Shown here one piece after another: positions 40,773 to 51,306 of a stretch of 64,000 nucleotides of DNA (positions are counted from its first letter, which is position 1; the number at the start of each line of letters is the position of its first letter). The notes beneath the pieces were generated by a model, which made no database searches, was not told the DNA's origin, and saw nothing but the letters and a program-made list of their open reading frames with translations. Made by a program: the position numbers and the translations under genes. Source of the stretch: an uncultured Chloroflexia bacterium (lineage in GTDB: Bacteria > Chloroflexota > Limnocylindria > Limnocylindrales > CSP1-4). Location: contig CAWHDR010000001.1 of assembly GCA_963828165.1 (NCBI GenBank), positions 2,176,001-2,240,000 of the forward strand, given 5' to 3'.

Positions 40773-41645
40773 TCAGCCTTCGCTGGCTTTACGGGCATCG
40801 CGCCGAAGCTCCACGTACATCCGCTCCGTCGCGAGCCGCTGCGCATCGATCAGGGTCGGCTCGCCGTCGGTGCCGGCCCAGCCGACCGCGAGGGTGAGGG
40901 CGATGGCGCCGGATTCGAGCCACAGCTCGCACGCTCGACGCACCCGTTCGACGTAGTTGATGGCCGCGACCTCGTCGGTCTCGGGCAGGAGGATGCCGAA
41001 GCGACCGGGCGCCAGCCGCGCCACGAGGTCGACGTCGCGGGCAAGCCGGCGCAACGTGTCCGCCAACGCCGGAACGACGCGATCGGCGGCGTCGGCTCCC
41101 AGCCGGCCCACGAGGCGATCGAGCCCGCCAAGCTCGAAGATGACGACGGTCGCCGGCCGGTGATAGCGATGGATCCGGAGATCCTCGGCGGCGATCAAGC
41201 GGGTGAACGCCGCCTGGTCGAGCAGGCCCGTCAGCGCGTCTTTGCCCGCCGCCGGTTCGACCGGTGCCGGTTCGGAGGCGGGTTCGCCCTTCGGCTCGAT
41301 GCTCGCGTCGGTGTCCGGGGAGGCCTCGGTCTCCACGAGCGCGGCAGCGGGAAGTGCGGCCATATCGCGAGGATCGCTCCGGTCGCCATCGCGGCTCCCC
41401 TCCGGTCCCGCGGAATCCGCAGCCCCGCCATTCGATGCTCCATCCGACGTCCAGGTCGACCGCCCCGACTCGTCGACGAACGAGCTGGACATGAGGCTGC
41501 TCTGCAGGACCGATCGGGTCGTGGCCGGGCTGGCGTTCTTCGTGCGGCTCATTCGACCCGCGTAGACGACCAGCACCAGGAGCACGGTGTTCGCGACGAT
41601 GGCGGCCAGGAGGACTGGCAGCAGGATGTCCTGCGTGACTTCCAT
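40773..41645 (-). CDS. Membrane-anchored degenerate GGDEF-domain protein
   Basis: N-terminal TM helix; DALTGLL, DLVARLAPGRFGILLPET in place of RxGGDEF. Confidence 0.75.
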   Translation of the reverse strand: MEVTQDILLPVLLAAIVANTVLLVLVVYAGRMSRTKNASPATTRSVLQSSLMSSSFVDESGRSTWTSDGASNGGAADSAGPEGSRDGDRSDPRDMAALPAAALVETEASPDTDASIEPKGEPASEPAPVEPAAGKDALTGLLDQAAFTRLIAAEDLRIHRYHRPATVVIFELGGLDRLVGRLGADAADRVVPALADTLRRLARDVDLVARLAPGRFGILLPETDEVAAINYVERVRRACELWLESGAIALTLAVGWAGTDGEPTLIDAQRLATERMYVELRRDARKASEG

Positions 41646-41655
41646 GGGTTCGAGT

Positions 41656-41688
41656 CCTTGATGAGTGCCTAAGAACCTTGATGAGTGC
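41656..41688. promoter_or_regulatory. 13-bp direct repeat upstream of the GGDEF-like gene
   Basis: CCTTGATGAGTGC at 41656 and 41676 (20-bp period). Confidence 0.45.
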
Positions 41689-41869
41689 GAAGAAAGAGCG
41701 ATCAGGCGGCCGATGATAGGTCCGCGGCCCGCGAATGTGACCATCGGATGACCCATTCGGGCCACGTTGTCGGTGCGACATGGCACCGCGACCGACGGGT
41801 CCAGAGCGGTCCGGGGCGGTATGTCACGGTCCGGTGGACCCGCCACCCCGGGTGGTATCGTCGTGCGCC

Positions 41870-44236
41870 ATGGAGGGTTCCCAGACCACGCGCATGACGA
41901 CCGGCACGTCGCCCGCGAGCCCCATCGTCGTCCAGCCCGAGACCGTCGTCCCGGGGATGGCGCGCCCGGCCGCGCCATTGCGCCGCGAGGGGCCGGCCAA
42001 GCTCACCGGCACGGCCCTGTACACGGACGACATCGTCGTCCCCGGGGCGTGGTACGGCACCACGATCCGCTCGACCGACGCCCACGCCACGTTCGATGCG
42101 CTCGAACTCGATCCTGGCTTCGACTGGTCGAAGGTGGTCGTCGTGACCGCGGCCGACATCCCGGGCGAGAACATCGTCAGCTCGATCAAGAGCGACCAGC
42201 CGATCCTCGTCCCGCTCGGCGGCGAGATCCAGCACCACGCGGAGCCGCTCGCCCTCCTGGCCGCGCCCGACAAGGCGACCCTGCGCGAAGCGCGACGCCG
42301 GGCGCTGCCGCGGACGACGAAGCTGCCGGGCGTGTTCGACCCGCTCGAGTCGGACCATACATTCGCCCAGTACACGATCGAAGCCGGTACCGACGTCGAG
42401 GCCGCGCTGGCAAGCGCCGACGTCGTCCTCGAAAGCGAGTACCGCGTCGGTCACCAGGAACAGCTCTACATCGAGAACAACGCGATGATCGCCGTACCCA
42501 CCGACGGCGGCGGCGTCACCGTCACGGGCTCGCTCCAGTGCCCGTACTACCTGCACGCAGCGTTGAAGCGCGGGCTGGGCCTCGACGATCAAGCCGCCCG
42601 CGTCGTCCAGGCCGAGACCGGCGGCGGGTTCGGAGGCAAGGAGGAATTTCCCTCGGTCATCGGGCTGCACGCAGCGCTCCTCGCGCGCAAGGCCCAGAAG
42701 CCGGTGCGGATGATCTACGAGCGCCACGAGGACATCGCCGCCACGACCAAGCGCCACCCGGCGATCGTCCGTCACCGGACGGGCGTCACCCGCGATGGCC
42801 GGCTCGTGGCCCAGGACATCGAGGTCATCATGGACGGCGGCGCGTACTGCACGCTGACCCCGGTCGTGCTCTCGCGCGGTGCGCTGCACAGCGGCGGGCC
42901 GTACCGCTGCCCGAACGTCCGCATCCGTGCCCGCGCGACCCGGACGAACACGCCGCCCAACGGCGCGTTCCGCGGATTCGGCGCTCCGCAGACCGAGTTC
43001 GCCGCCGAAACGCACCTCAACCGGATCGCCGAGCAGTTGGGCATCTCGCCGCTCGAGATCAGGCGGCGGAACGTCTACCAGCCCGGCGACACGACCCCGA
43101 CCGGGCAGATCCTGCGGGACAGCGTGGCGGGCGAAGAGGTCCTGGAGCGTGCGGCCGAGGCCGCCGAGTTCACCCGGCTGCGGGCGAAGACCGAGGACGC
43201 GCGGCGGGCGCGCGCGGGCTCCGGTTCGACCCCTGGGTCACCGCTCCGCACGGGCCGCGATCGCACGGCCAGCGGCATCGGCCTCGCCCTCGCGTGGCAC
43301 GGTGCCGGGTTCACGGGCTCGGGCGAGATCAAGCTCGCCAGCGTGGCCTCGCTGGAACTCACGGCCGAGGGCCGTGTCGTCGTCCTGACCGCCTCGACCG
43401 AAATGGGGCAGGGGACCAAGACGATCTTCCCGCAGCTCGTCGGCGACGCGCTTGGGATCCCGGACGAGGACGTCGAGCTCGCGCCGCAGGACACGGCCGT
43501 CGTGCCGGACAGCGGTCCCACGGTCGCATCGCGGACGGCGATGGTCGTAGGCGGCCTGCTCATCAAGGCGGCGCGGACGCTGCGCGAGAAGGTCGAGCAG
43601 GAAACCGGAGCACCCTTTGTGGACTCGTACGTCGCCTACGCCCGCGACCACGGCGCGACCCGCATCGACCAGCGGTTCGAGCCCTACCCGGACAGCGTCA
43701 CCTTCGATGACGACCTGTACCGCGGCGATGCCTACCCGGCATTCGGGTGGGCCGCGTGCGTCGCGGAGGTCCAGGTCGATCTCGACACCGGCGAAGTCCA
43801 CGTGCGCGACGTCGTCGCCGCCGACGACATCGGCCGGGTCATCCACCCGGTCCTCGCCGAAGGCCAGGTCGAGGGCGGCACCCTGCAGGCCGTCGGCTAC
43901 GCGACGATCGAGGAGATCAAGCTGCGAGACGGTCGCTATCTCAACGACCGCCTCGCGACGTACATCATCCCCACCGCGCTCGACGCGCCGCGCATCTCGA
44001 CGATCCTCGTGGAGGCTCCGTTCCATGCCGCTCCCCACGGCGCCAAGGGTGTCGGAGAGCTGCCGATGGACGTCGGGGCGCCGGCGGTCGTTGCCGCCAT
44101 CGCGGACGCGACCGGGATCTGGATCGGGGAGCTGCCGGCCAGCCCGGAACGGATCCTGGCCGCTCTTTCGGGCACGCCAGAAGCCGCCGGCCTGCCACCG
44201 GGTGCGTCTGCTCCCGCGCTCGAGGGACGCGCGTGA
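41870..44236 (+). CDS. Xanthine dehydrogenase family molybdopterin-binding subunit
   Basis: KLTGTALYTDD, HQEQLYIE, GGGFGGK, FRGFGAPQ, EMGQG, PTVASR, KGVGELP. Confidence 0.92.
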   Translation: MEGSQTTRMTTGTSPASPIVVQPETVVPGMARPAAPLRREGPAKLTGTALYTDDIVVPGAWYGTTIRSTDAHATFDALELDPGFDWSKVVVVTAADIPGENIVSSIKSDQPILVPLGGEIQHHAEPLALLAAPDKATLREARRRALPRTTKLPGVFDPLESDHTFAQYTIEAGTDVEAALASADVVLESEYRVGHQEQLYIENNAMIAVPTDGGGVTVTGSLQCPYYLHAALKRGLGLDDQAARVVQAETGGGFGGKEEFPSVIGLHAALLARKAQKPVRMIYERHEDIAATTKRHPAIVRHRTGVTRDGRLVAQDIEVIMDGGAYCTLTPVVLSRGALHSGGPYRCPNVRIRARATRTNTPPNGAFRGFGAPQTEFAAETHLNRIAEQLGISPLEIRRRNVYQPGDTTPTGQILRDSVAGEEVLERAAEAAEFTRLRAKTEDARRARAGSGSTPGSPLRTGRDRTASGIGLALAWHGAGFTGSGEIKLASVASLELTAEGRVVVLTASTEMGQGTKTIFPQLVGDALGIPDEDVELAPQDTAVVPDSGPTVASRTAMVVGGLLIKAARTLREKVEQETGAPFVDSYVAYARDHGATRIDQRFEPYPDSVTFDDDLYRGDAYPAFGWAACVAEVQVDLDTGEVHVRDVVAADDIGRVIHPVLAEGQVEGGTLQAVGYATIEEIKLRDGRYLNDRLATYIIPTALDAPRISTILVEAPFHAAPHGAKGVGELPMDVGAPAVVAAIADATGIWIGELPASPERILAALSGTPEAAGLPPGASAPALEGRA

Positions 44237-44715
44237 CGACCTACCGCCTCACGGTCAACGGCACGCCCGCGGAGGTGGATGTCCCGGGCATGCGCCGCCT
44301 GCTGGACGTGCTCCGTGAGGATCTCTCCCTGACCGGCACGAAAGAGGGCTGCGGGGAGGGCGAGTGCGGCGCCTGCACGGTGCTGGTGGACGGCGCTCCG
44401 GTCGATTCATGCCTCGTTCCGATCTGCCAGGTCGCCGGGACCGAGGTTCGCACCGTCGAGGGCCTCGCGGCGCCGGCATCGGACCCGGCCGAACCGGATG
44501 CGATGGACCCGCTCCAGGTCGCGTTCCTCCAGACCGGCGGGGCGCAGTGCGGCATCTGCACACCCGGGATGCTGATGGCCGCTCGAGCCTATCTCGAGGC
44601 CGGTGGGGGCCGGGACGAGGGCGCCATCCGCGAGGCGATCGCCGGCAATCTCTGCCGCTGCACGGGCTACACAAAGATCATCGACGCCATCGCGCTCGCC
44701 GCCGGCCCCCGATGA
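44233..44715 (+). CDS. Xanthine dehydrogenase family (2Fe-2S) subunit
   Basis: GTKEGCGEGECGACTV, QCGICTPG, NLCRCTGY; GTGA overlap. Confidence 0.95.
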   Translation: MTTYRLTVNGTPAEVDVPGMRRLLDVLREDLSLTGTKEGCGEGECGACTVLVDGAPVDSCLVPICQVAGTEVRTVEGLAAPASDPAEPDAMDPLQVAFLQTGGAQCGICTPGMLMAARAYLEAGGGRDEGAIREAIAGNLCRCTGYTKIIDAIALAAGPR

Positions 44716-44743
44716 CCGGCCCCCGATGACCGGCCCCCGATGA
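44702..44743 (+). repeat. 14-bp tandem repeat (x3) over the Fe-S subunit stop codon
   Basis: CCGGCCCCCGATGA three exact copies. Confidence 0.9.
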
Positions 44744-44765
44744 CCCGGCCACGCTGAGCGCCCTC

Positions 44766-45647
44766 GTGCCGATCGAACCGCCCGTCACCAGCCCGAGCGA
44801 CCTCCACGGCGCGTATGCCGCGCTCGCCGCCGCCCCGGCGGACGCCCCCGCCCGGCCCATCGCCGGCGGCACGGACCTGATGGTCGCCCTGACCGGCGAG
44901 CTCGGCGAGCCACCGGCAAGCGTCGTCGACCTGTGGGCCATCGATGCCTTGCGCGGCATCGCGATCGATGGCGCAGCGCTCGTGCTCGGCGCCCTGACGA
45001 CGTACACGGACATCCGTCGCTCGCCGCTGTGTCGCGAGCACGTCCCGGCCCTCGTCGACGCGGCTGCGACGATCGGGGCGGCCCAGATCCAGAACCGCGG
45101 CACGCTCGGTGGCAATATCGCGAATGCCTCACCCGCCGGCGACACGCTGCCGGTCCTGCTCGCGGCGGATGCCGTGTTCGTGCTCGGGTCTGGGCGAGGC
45201 GAGCGCGACGTCCCGGCGGCCGACTTCTGGACGGCCTACCGGCGCACCGCGCTCGCCCCCGACGAGCTGGTGCTGCGCGTGCGGATCCCGCTCGCGACCG
45301 ATCGCGAGATGCGGTTCCGCAAGATCGGGACGCGCCGGGCGCAATCGATCAGCAAGGTCGTCCTGGCGGCGGCCTGGCGGTCGGACGCGGTCGCGGTCGT
45401 GCCCCGCGGCGCGTGGCGCGATGTCCGGGTCGCCCTCGGGTCCGTGGCCGCCACCCCGATCCGAGCCCGCGCGACGGAAGCCGTGCTCGAGGGCCGAGCC
45501 CCGACCCCGGAAACGGCAGACCTCGCGGCGGAGACCCTGGCCGGCGAGCTGTCGCCGATCGAAGATGTCCGTTCGACCGCCGAGTACCGCCGGCTCGTGG
45601 CGGCTCGCGTGCTCCATCGAATCGTTCGCGAGGCCGGCGGCTGGTGA
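44766..45647 (+). CDS. Xanthine dehydrogenase family FAD-binding subunit
   Basis: IAGGTDL, QIQNRGTLGGNIANASPAGD, DVRSTAEYR. Confidence 0.93.
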   Translation: MPIEPPVTSPSDLHGAYAALAAAPADAPARPIAGGTDLMVALTGELGEPPASVVDLWAIDALRGIAIDGAALVLGALTTYTDIRRSPLCREHVPALVDAAATIGAAQIQNRGTLGGNIANASPAGDTLPVLLAADAVFVLGSGRGERDVPAADFWTAYRRTALAPDELVLRVRIPLATDREMRFRKIGTRRAQSISKVVLAAAWRSDAVAVVPRGAWRDVRVALGSVAATPIRARATEAVLEGRAPTPETADLAAETLAGELSPIEDVRSTAEYRRLVAARVLHRIVREAGGW

Positions 45648-46123
45648 CCGGTCCCGGCGCGGACCCGGCGACCATCGCCGCGCTGTTCGAAGGGGCGCCG
45701 CGGTTCCTGGCGCGGCTGGAGGCTGCCGGGCCGTTCGCGGACGACGCCGAGCGCTTCGCGAAGGCGCGCGCCATCGCCCACGCGATGCCGGAAGCCGAGC
45801 AGATCGAGCTCATCGACGCGCACCCGCGGCTCGGCGCGCCGCCCGGCACCGTGTCGGCGATGAGCTATCGGGAGCAGGGGTACGACCGGGGAGCTGGCAC
45901 GCCCGTGGACGTCGCGGCCGAGCTCGAGCGGCTCAACGATGCGTACGAGGCCAGCCACGGGTTCCGTTACTGCGTCTTCGTCGCGGGTCGTTCTCGCGAG
46001 GAGCTGCTCCCCGGGTTCACCGCCGCGCTCGACGCGGACCGTGCCGCCGAGATCCATCGAGCGCTCGACGCCGTCGTCGACATCGCCATGGACCGCCATG
46101 CGAAGCTGTCGGCGTCCACATGA
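45644..46123 (+). CDS. uraD: OHCU decarboxylase
   Basis: LIDAHPRLG, SYREQG, LNDAYEASHGFRYCVFVAG; GTGA overlap. Confidence 0.85.
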   Translation: MTGPGADPATIAALFEGAPRFLARLEAAGPFADDAERFAKARAIAHAMPEAEQIELIDAHPRLGAPPGTVSAMSYREQGYDRGAGTPVDVAAELERLNDAYEASHGFRYCVFVAGRSREELLPGFTAALDADRAAEIHRALDAVVDIAMDRHAKLSAST

Positions 46124-46968
46124 TCGAGCTCGCCGCCAACCGCTACGGCAAGGCCGCCATCCGCATCGTCCGGGTGGGCCGTGACACGACGCCCCATGCC
46201 CTGCGCGACGTGACCGTGGCCATCGCGCTGGAGGGCGACTTCGCGGCCGCGCACACGGACGGCGACAACTCCCTGGTCGTGGCCACGGACACGATGAAGA
46301 ACACCGCGTACGCGTTCGCCGCCGAGCACCTGGCGGGCCCCATCGAGACCTATGCGACCGAGCTCGGCCGGCACTTCCTCGAGGAGGACCAGGTGGACCG
46401 GGCGATCGTGAACGTCCGCGAGCACGCCTGGCAGCCGATCGACGTCGCCGGCGCCCCGGCGCCCGACGCCTTCGTCCGGAGCGGTGAGGGCACCCGGGTG
46501 GCGACGGTGGCGGTCGGCCGGGACGAGGTCGTCGTCGAGGCCGGCGTCGAGGACCTGGTCGTCATGAAGACCACGCGTTCGGCCTTCAGCGGCTTCCCGC
46601 GCGACCGCTACACGACCCTCGCCGAGACCGAGGACCGCCTCATGGCGACGAAGGTCACCGCGATCTGGCGGTACGGCGCCCCCGGCCTCGATTTCGACGC
46701 CGTCTGGTCGGCCGCCCGGGCCACGCTCCTCGAGGTCTTCGCGGACCACGACAGCCCGAGCGTCCAGACGTCGATCTGGATCATGGCCAAGGCGATGCTG
46801 GAACGGCACCAGGAACTCGACGAGGTGCGCATGGTGCTCCCGAATCTGCATCACTGGACCATCGACCTGGCCGGCTTCGGCGTGGAGAACGACCGGCAGG
46901 TCTACATCTCCACGACGGAACCCCACGGCCTCATCGAGGCGACGGTCCGCCGCAGCCAGGTGTCCTGA
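46120..46968 (+). CDS. pucL: Factor-independent urate oxidase (uricase)
   Basis: [47 protein letters not shown]. Confidence 0.95.
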   Translation: MIELAANRYGKAAIRIVRVGRDTTPHALRDVTVAIALEGDFAAAHTDGDNSLVVATDTMKNTAYAFAAEHLAGPIETYATELGRHFLEEDQVDRAIVNVREHAWQPIDVAGAPAPDAFVRSGEGTRVATVAVGRDEVVVEAGVEDLVVMKTTRSAFSGFPRDRYTTLAETEDRLMATKVTAIWRYGAPGLDFDAVWSAARATLLEVFADHDSPSVQTSIWIMAKAMLERHQELDEVRMVLPNLHHWTIDLAGFGVENDRQVYISTTEPHGLIEATVRRSQVS

Positions 46969-48545
46969 TGCGAGGGAAGGCAACGCCGACGGTGGCCCCG
47001 GCCGGCGTCGCGGTCACGGGTCCGCCGGTGCCGGGCTCCGAGCGCGTCCTGACGACGGAGGCGCTTGCGTTCATCGCGGATCTCCAGCGGAGGTTCGGGC
47101 CGTTGCGGCTGGACCTGCTGCATCGCCGGCACGAGCGGCAGGCGGCCCTGGATTCCGGGCAGCGGCTCGACTTCCTGGCGTCCACGCACGAGATCCGTGA
47201 GGCGGCCTGGACCGTGGCCCCGGCACCGGCCGACTTCGACGACCGGCGCGTCGAGATCACCGGACCGGCCGAGCCCAAGATGATGATCAACGCGCTGAAC
47301 TCCGGGGCGCGCGTGTTCATGGCCGACCTCGAGGATGCGCTGTCGCCGACGTGGGCGAACGTCGTGGGCGGGCAGGCTGCGCTCGTGGACGCCGTCCGCG
47401 GCACGCTCGCCTTTGACTCGCCCGAGGGCAAGACGTATCGGCTGGGCGAGCGGGTGGCCCAGCTCGTCGTGCGGCCACGCGGCTGGCACCTCGTCGAGTC
47501 GCACGTGATGGTCGACGACGCCCCGGTCTCGGCCGCGCTGTTCGATGCTGGGCTGTACCTGTTCCACAACGCCGCCGAGCGGGTCGCTCGCGGTTCGGGG
47601 CCCTACCTCTACCTGCCGAAGCTCGAGTCGCACCATGAGGCGCGGCTCTGGAACGAGGTCTTCATCCACGCCCAGGCCGAGCTCGGCGTGCCGCGCGGCA
47701 GCGTACGGGCGACGGTCCTGATCGAGACCATCACAGCGGCATTCGAGATGGACGAGATCCTGTACGAGCTGCGCGAGCATGCGGCCGGGTTGAATGCCGG
47801 CCGCTGGGACTACCTGTTCAGTGCGATCAAGCGACTGCGCAACTCGCCCGACCTGACGACGCCCGACCGCTCGCAGCTGACGATGACCGTGCCATTCATG
47901 CGCGCCTATACCGAGCTGCTCGTGCAGACGTGCCACAAGCGTGGGGCGCACGCGATCGGCGGCATGGCCGCGTTCATCCCGAACCGTCGAGACCCCGAGG
48001 TCACGGAGAAGGCGCTCGCCAAGGTCCGCGAAGACAAGGAGCGCGAGAGCCGCGATGGGTTCGACGGGACATGGGTCGCGCACCCGGACCTCGTGCCCGT
48101 CGCGTTGGAGGTCTTCGATGCGGTCCTTGGCTCCGGGCCGAACCAGAAGGACCGGCTGCGTGATGAGGTCTCGGTCACGGCGGAGGAGCTGCTCGACCTG
48201 ACCGTCGGGGGCGGCAGCGTCACCGAAGCCGGGGTCCGCGCCAACATCCGGGTGGCCCTCGCCTACCTCGACGCGTGGCTGGGTGGCACCGGGGCCGCGG
48301 CCATCGACAACCTCATGGAGGACGCCGCGACCGCCGAGATCGCGCGCTCGCAACTCTGGCTTTGGCGCACACGCGACCTGCTCCCGGTCGATCAGTACGC
48401 GACGATCCGCGACGAGGAGCTCGCTCGACTGGGTGGCGCGAAAGAAGGCCGCCTCAAGGACGCCTGGGACGTCCTCGACCACCTCGTCCTCGACGACGAA
48501 TTCGCCGAGTTCCTGACCCTGCGCGCTTACCCACTGCTGGGCTGA
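46968..48545 (+). CDS. aceB: Malate synthase A
   Basis: [49 protein letters not shown]. Confidence 0.95.
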   Translation: MRGKATPTVAPAGVAVTGPPVPGSERVLTTEALAFIADLQRRFGPLRLDLLHRRHERQAALDSGQRLDFLASTHEIREAAWTVAPAPADFDDRRVEITGPAEPKMMINALNSGARVFMADLEDALSPTWANVVGGQAALVDAVRGTLAFDSPEGKTYRLGERVAQLVVRPRGWHLVESHVMVDDAPVSAALFDAGLYLFHNAAERVARGSGPYLYLPKLESHHEARLWNEVFIHAQAELGVPRGSVRATVLIETITAAFEMDEILYELREHAAGLNAGRWDYLFSAIKRLRNSPDLTTPDRSQLTMTVPFMRAYTELLVQTCHKRGAHAIGGMAAFIPNRRDPEVTEKALAKVREDKERESRDGFDGTWVAHPDLVPVALEVFDAVLGSGPNQKDRLRDEVSVTAEELLDLTVGGGSVTEAGVRANIRVALAYLDAWLGGTGAAAIDNLMEDAATAEIARSQLWLWRTRDLLPVDQYATIRDEELARLGGAKEGRLKDAWDVLDHLVLDDEFAEFLTLRAYPLLG

Positions 48546-48570
48546 GCGCGGTAGCGCCTAGGATGACCCG

Positions 48571-49659
48571 ATGACGACCACCCGCGAGCCCACGGCATGG
48601 CGGCTCGGCTACCGGCCTGGGCTCGATGGACTGCGTGGCGTCGCCGTCATCCTCGTCGTCCTGGCGCACGAGGCGCTGCTCCGGAACGGGGGCGCGGTCG
48701 GCGTCAACGTCTTCTTCGTGCTCTCGGGGTTCCTCATCACGTCACTGCTCCTGGTGGAGGCACGCGACGCCGGGCGCATCGACCTGGTCGCGTTCTACCG
48801 CCGGCGAGCGGCTCGTCTGCTGCCGGCGCTGTTCGCGGTCTCTCTGGTGGTCGGCATCCACCTCGTGATCACCGATCAGCCGGAGCGCCTGCTGCCCGAC
48901 GTCGGTGGGGCCTTGTCCTACGTCGGGAACTGGTTGCAGATCGCCGGCGTGAAGATGGTCCTCACGTCGCACACGTGGTCCCTCGCGGTCGAGGAGCAGT
49001 TCTACCTGGTGTGGCCGCTCGTCATGATCGGGCTCGTCCGCATCCCCCGCGCGGGCTGGATCGTCGGGGCGTTGCTCGTGGCGTCGGTGATCTGGCGGAT
49101 CGCGCTGGTCGAGGTGTTCGACGCCTCCGGTGCGCGGGCTACCCGCGGACTCGACAGCGCCGCAGCCGCACTGCTGGCCGGCTGCGCCCTGGCCTATGTG
49201 GTCAGGGCCCGGCCGACCCTGTCGACAGGTCCGATCGGGCTCGTGCTCGGCGCGGGACTGATCGGCCTCGTGGTCGCCATGCTCGCCCTCAACCTCGGCT
49301 CAGCGTGGAACCTCGAGCTGACCGCGCTCGGCACGGTCCTGATCATCTCGTCTGTCCAGGCGACCAGTGGCGGCGTGCTGGCCTTCCCCCCGCTCGTCTA
49401 CATCGGCCGGATCAGCTACGGCATCTATCTGTGGCATTTCCCGATCATCGCCTGGCTGGAAGCGCCCGTGATCGTCGAGCTCGCCGTCATCCTCGGCGTC
49501 TCGATGCTGTCATTCCACCTCCTCGAGGCACCGTTCCTGCGGCGCTTCGGCAGACGTGCCGACAAGCCTGTCCCGGTCGCCGCTCCGGACGGCCGGCCGC
49601 TCCTCGCGGAACCCTCGATATCGCCTGCGCCGCACGGTGCTGGGGACGCTACGCGCTAG
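48571..49659 (+). CDS. Acyltransferase 3 (OafA-like) membrane protein
   Basis: LDGLRGVAV, FFVLSGFLIT, HTWSLAVEEQFY, SYGIYLWH. Confidence 0.92.
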   Translation: MTTTREPTAWRLGYRPGLDGLRGVAVILVVLAHEALLRNGGAVGVNVFFVLSGFLITSLLLVEARDAGRIDLVAFYRRRAARLLPALFAVSLVVGIHLVITDQPERLLPDVGGALSYVGNWLQIAGVKMVLTSHTWSLAVEEQFYLVWPLVMIGLVRIPRAGWIVGALLVASVIWRIALVEVFDASGARATRGLDSAAAALLAGCALAYVVRARPTLSTGPIGLVLGAGLIGLVVAMLALNLGSAWNLELTALGTVLIISSVQATSGGVLAFPPLVYIGRISYGIYLWHFPIIAWLEAPVIVELAVILGVSMLSFHLLEAPFLRRFGRRADKPVPVAAPDGRPLLAEPSISPAPHGAGDATR

Positions 49660-49674
49660 GTCGCCTGGCCGGCC

Positions 49675-51078
49675 CTATCCGGTGACGGGGCCCCGCTCGA
49701 GGAACTGCCCCGCGCCGCGGCGGCCGACGAACTGACCCGCTCGGATGACGTCCGCACCGCGGACGATCACGTCGCGGACGGCGCCACGCACGTCCAGGCC
49801 CTCGTACGGGGTGTAGTCGCTCGTGTGGTGGAGATCGGTCGCGCGGAGCGTCCGCGTCGCCTTCGGGTCGAAGAGCACGAGATCGGCATCGCGGCCCACC
49901 TCGATCGCGCCCTTGCGAGCGAGGCCGAACCGAGCGGCCGGGGTGGTCGCGAGCACGTCGACCATGCGCTCGATCGTCAGTCGACCGCGGGCCACGCCTT
50001 CGCTGTAGATGAGCGCGAGCAGCGTCTCGATGCCTGGTGCTCCATTGCTGATCTGGTCGAACGAGATGCCCTTCGCGGCCTCGGCCTTCTCGACGCCGAC
50101 ACGGTCGGCGACGTGGTCCGTGGCGACCAGGTCGAGCGACCCGTCGGCGAGCCCATCCCACAGCGCGTCCCGATCGGCGGCGGAGCGCAGCGGCGGCGAG
50201 ATGACGTAGCAGGCGCAGCGCGTCGGGTCGGGCTCTTCGTACTCCGCATCGGTCAGCGTGAGGTAGTGCGGACACGTCTCGGCGGTCACCCGGACGCCCG
50301 CCGCCTTCGCGCGCCGAACCTCGTCGAGCGCGGCCGCCGACGAGAGATGGACGACGTGCACGGGCGAGTCGGTGGCTCGGGCGAACGCCACGGCGCGGGC
50401 CGTCGCGACCGCCTCGACATACGCCGGTCGCGAGGTGGCGTGGTAGCGCGGTAACACGTCACCACGCTGCAGCGATGCGGCCACGGCGGCATCGAGCAGC
50501 ACCGGATCCTCGCAGTGGACCTGGAGCATGCCGCCACGCTCGCCCATCGACCGCATCGCGTCGAACAGCGCCTGGTCAGGTAGCCGGAAGTCGAAGACCA
50601 TGAAGGCCTTCGAAGTCGCGACCCCGGCGTCGATCGTGGCCGGAAGCTCGGCCAGCGGGTCGTCGGCGTGCCCCGAGATCGCGAGCGAGAGGCCGTAGTC
50701 GATCGCGCTGTCCGCGTTCGTGGCCGTGCGCCACTCCGCCAGCCCGGTTTGCAGCGATCGCTCGGCGGCCGGCGATGACCCGGTTCCAGGGTTATTGAAC
50801 GACAGGAACGACGTGGTCCCGCCATGCGCGGCGGCCACGGAATCCTGGAAGAACCGGTCTGGCTCGGCATCCGAGGCGACTCGCGTGTGGGTGTGCACGT
50901 CGACCACGCCGGGGAGGACCAGCATCCCGGTCGCATCGATCACGCGCGTCGCGCCCGCGGCCGGGCCGGCCAGGTCGGGCTCGATGGCCGTGATGACACC
51001 GGCATCCACCGCCACGTCCGCCCGCCGGGACCCGGCCGTGGTCACGACCGTCCCGCCCCGGACGATGAGATCAGTCAT
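49675..51078 (-). CDS. Cyclic amidohydrolase (dihydropyrimidinase/hydantoinase type; allantoinase role possible)
   Basis: VDVHTH, SKAFM, VHCE, VVHLS, ETCPHYL, ISPPLR, ATDH. Confidence 0.88.
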   Translation of the reverse strand: MTDLIVRGGTVVTTAGSRRADVAVDAGVITAIEPDLAGPAAGATRVIDATGMLVLPGVVDVHTHTRVASDAEPDRFFQDSVAAAHGGTTSFLSFNNPGTGSSPAAERSLQTGLAEWRTATNADSAIDYGLSLAISGHADDPLAELPATIDAGVATSKAFMVFDFRLPDQALFDAMRSMGERGGMLQVHCEDPVLLDAAVAASLQRGDVLPRYHATSRPAYVEAVATARAVAFARATDSPVHVVHLSSAAALDEVRRAKAAGVRVTAETCPHYLTLTDAEYEEPDPTRCACYVISPPLRSAADRDALWDGLADGSLDLVATDHVADRVGVEKAEAAKGISFDQISNGAPGIETLLALIYSEGVARGRLTIERMVDVLATTPAARFGLARKGAIEVGRDADLVLFDPKATRTLRATDLHHTSDYTPYEGLDVRGAVRDVIVRGADVIRAGQFVGRRGAGQFLERGPVTG

Positions 51079-51087
51079 GGGTGGCCG

Positions 51088-51260
51088 GATTCACCATGAA
51101 TGAACACGAGCGCGCTGAACGCGCCAGGATCCCTGTGCTATCGACTTGGCGGGCGCTCTTACGTCGACGCATTCACCACCACCGAACGTCTCCCCAGATG
51201 CTGGTCGAAACATAAGCCGGTGCTGGACTTGACCCGACATTCGTTCACTACCAGAGAATC
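51088..51260. repeat. Intergenic three-box palindromic element (TTCA-N8-GAA family)
   Basis: Boxes TTCACCATGAATGAA (51090), TTCACCACCACCGAA (51172), TTCACTACCAGAGAA (51244); ends GATTC and GAATC. Confidence 0.65.
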
Positions 51261-51306
51261 GACCGTCGTGGGCGGCCGAGCGCCTCGCGCAGGACGCGTC
51301 TGGCGG

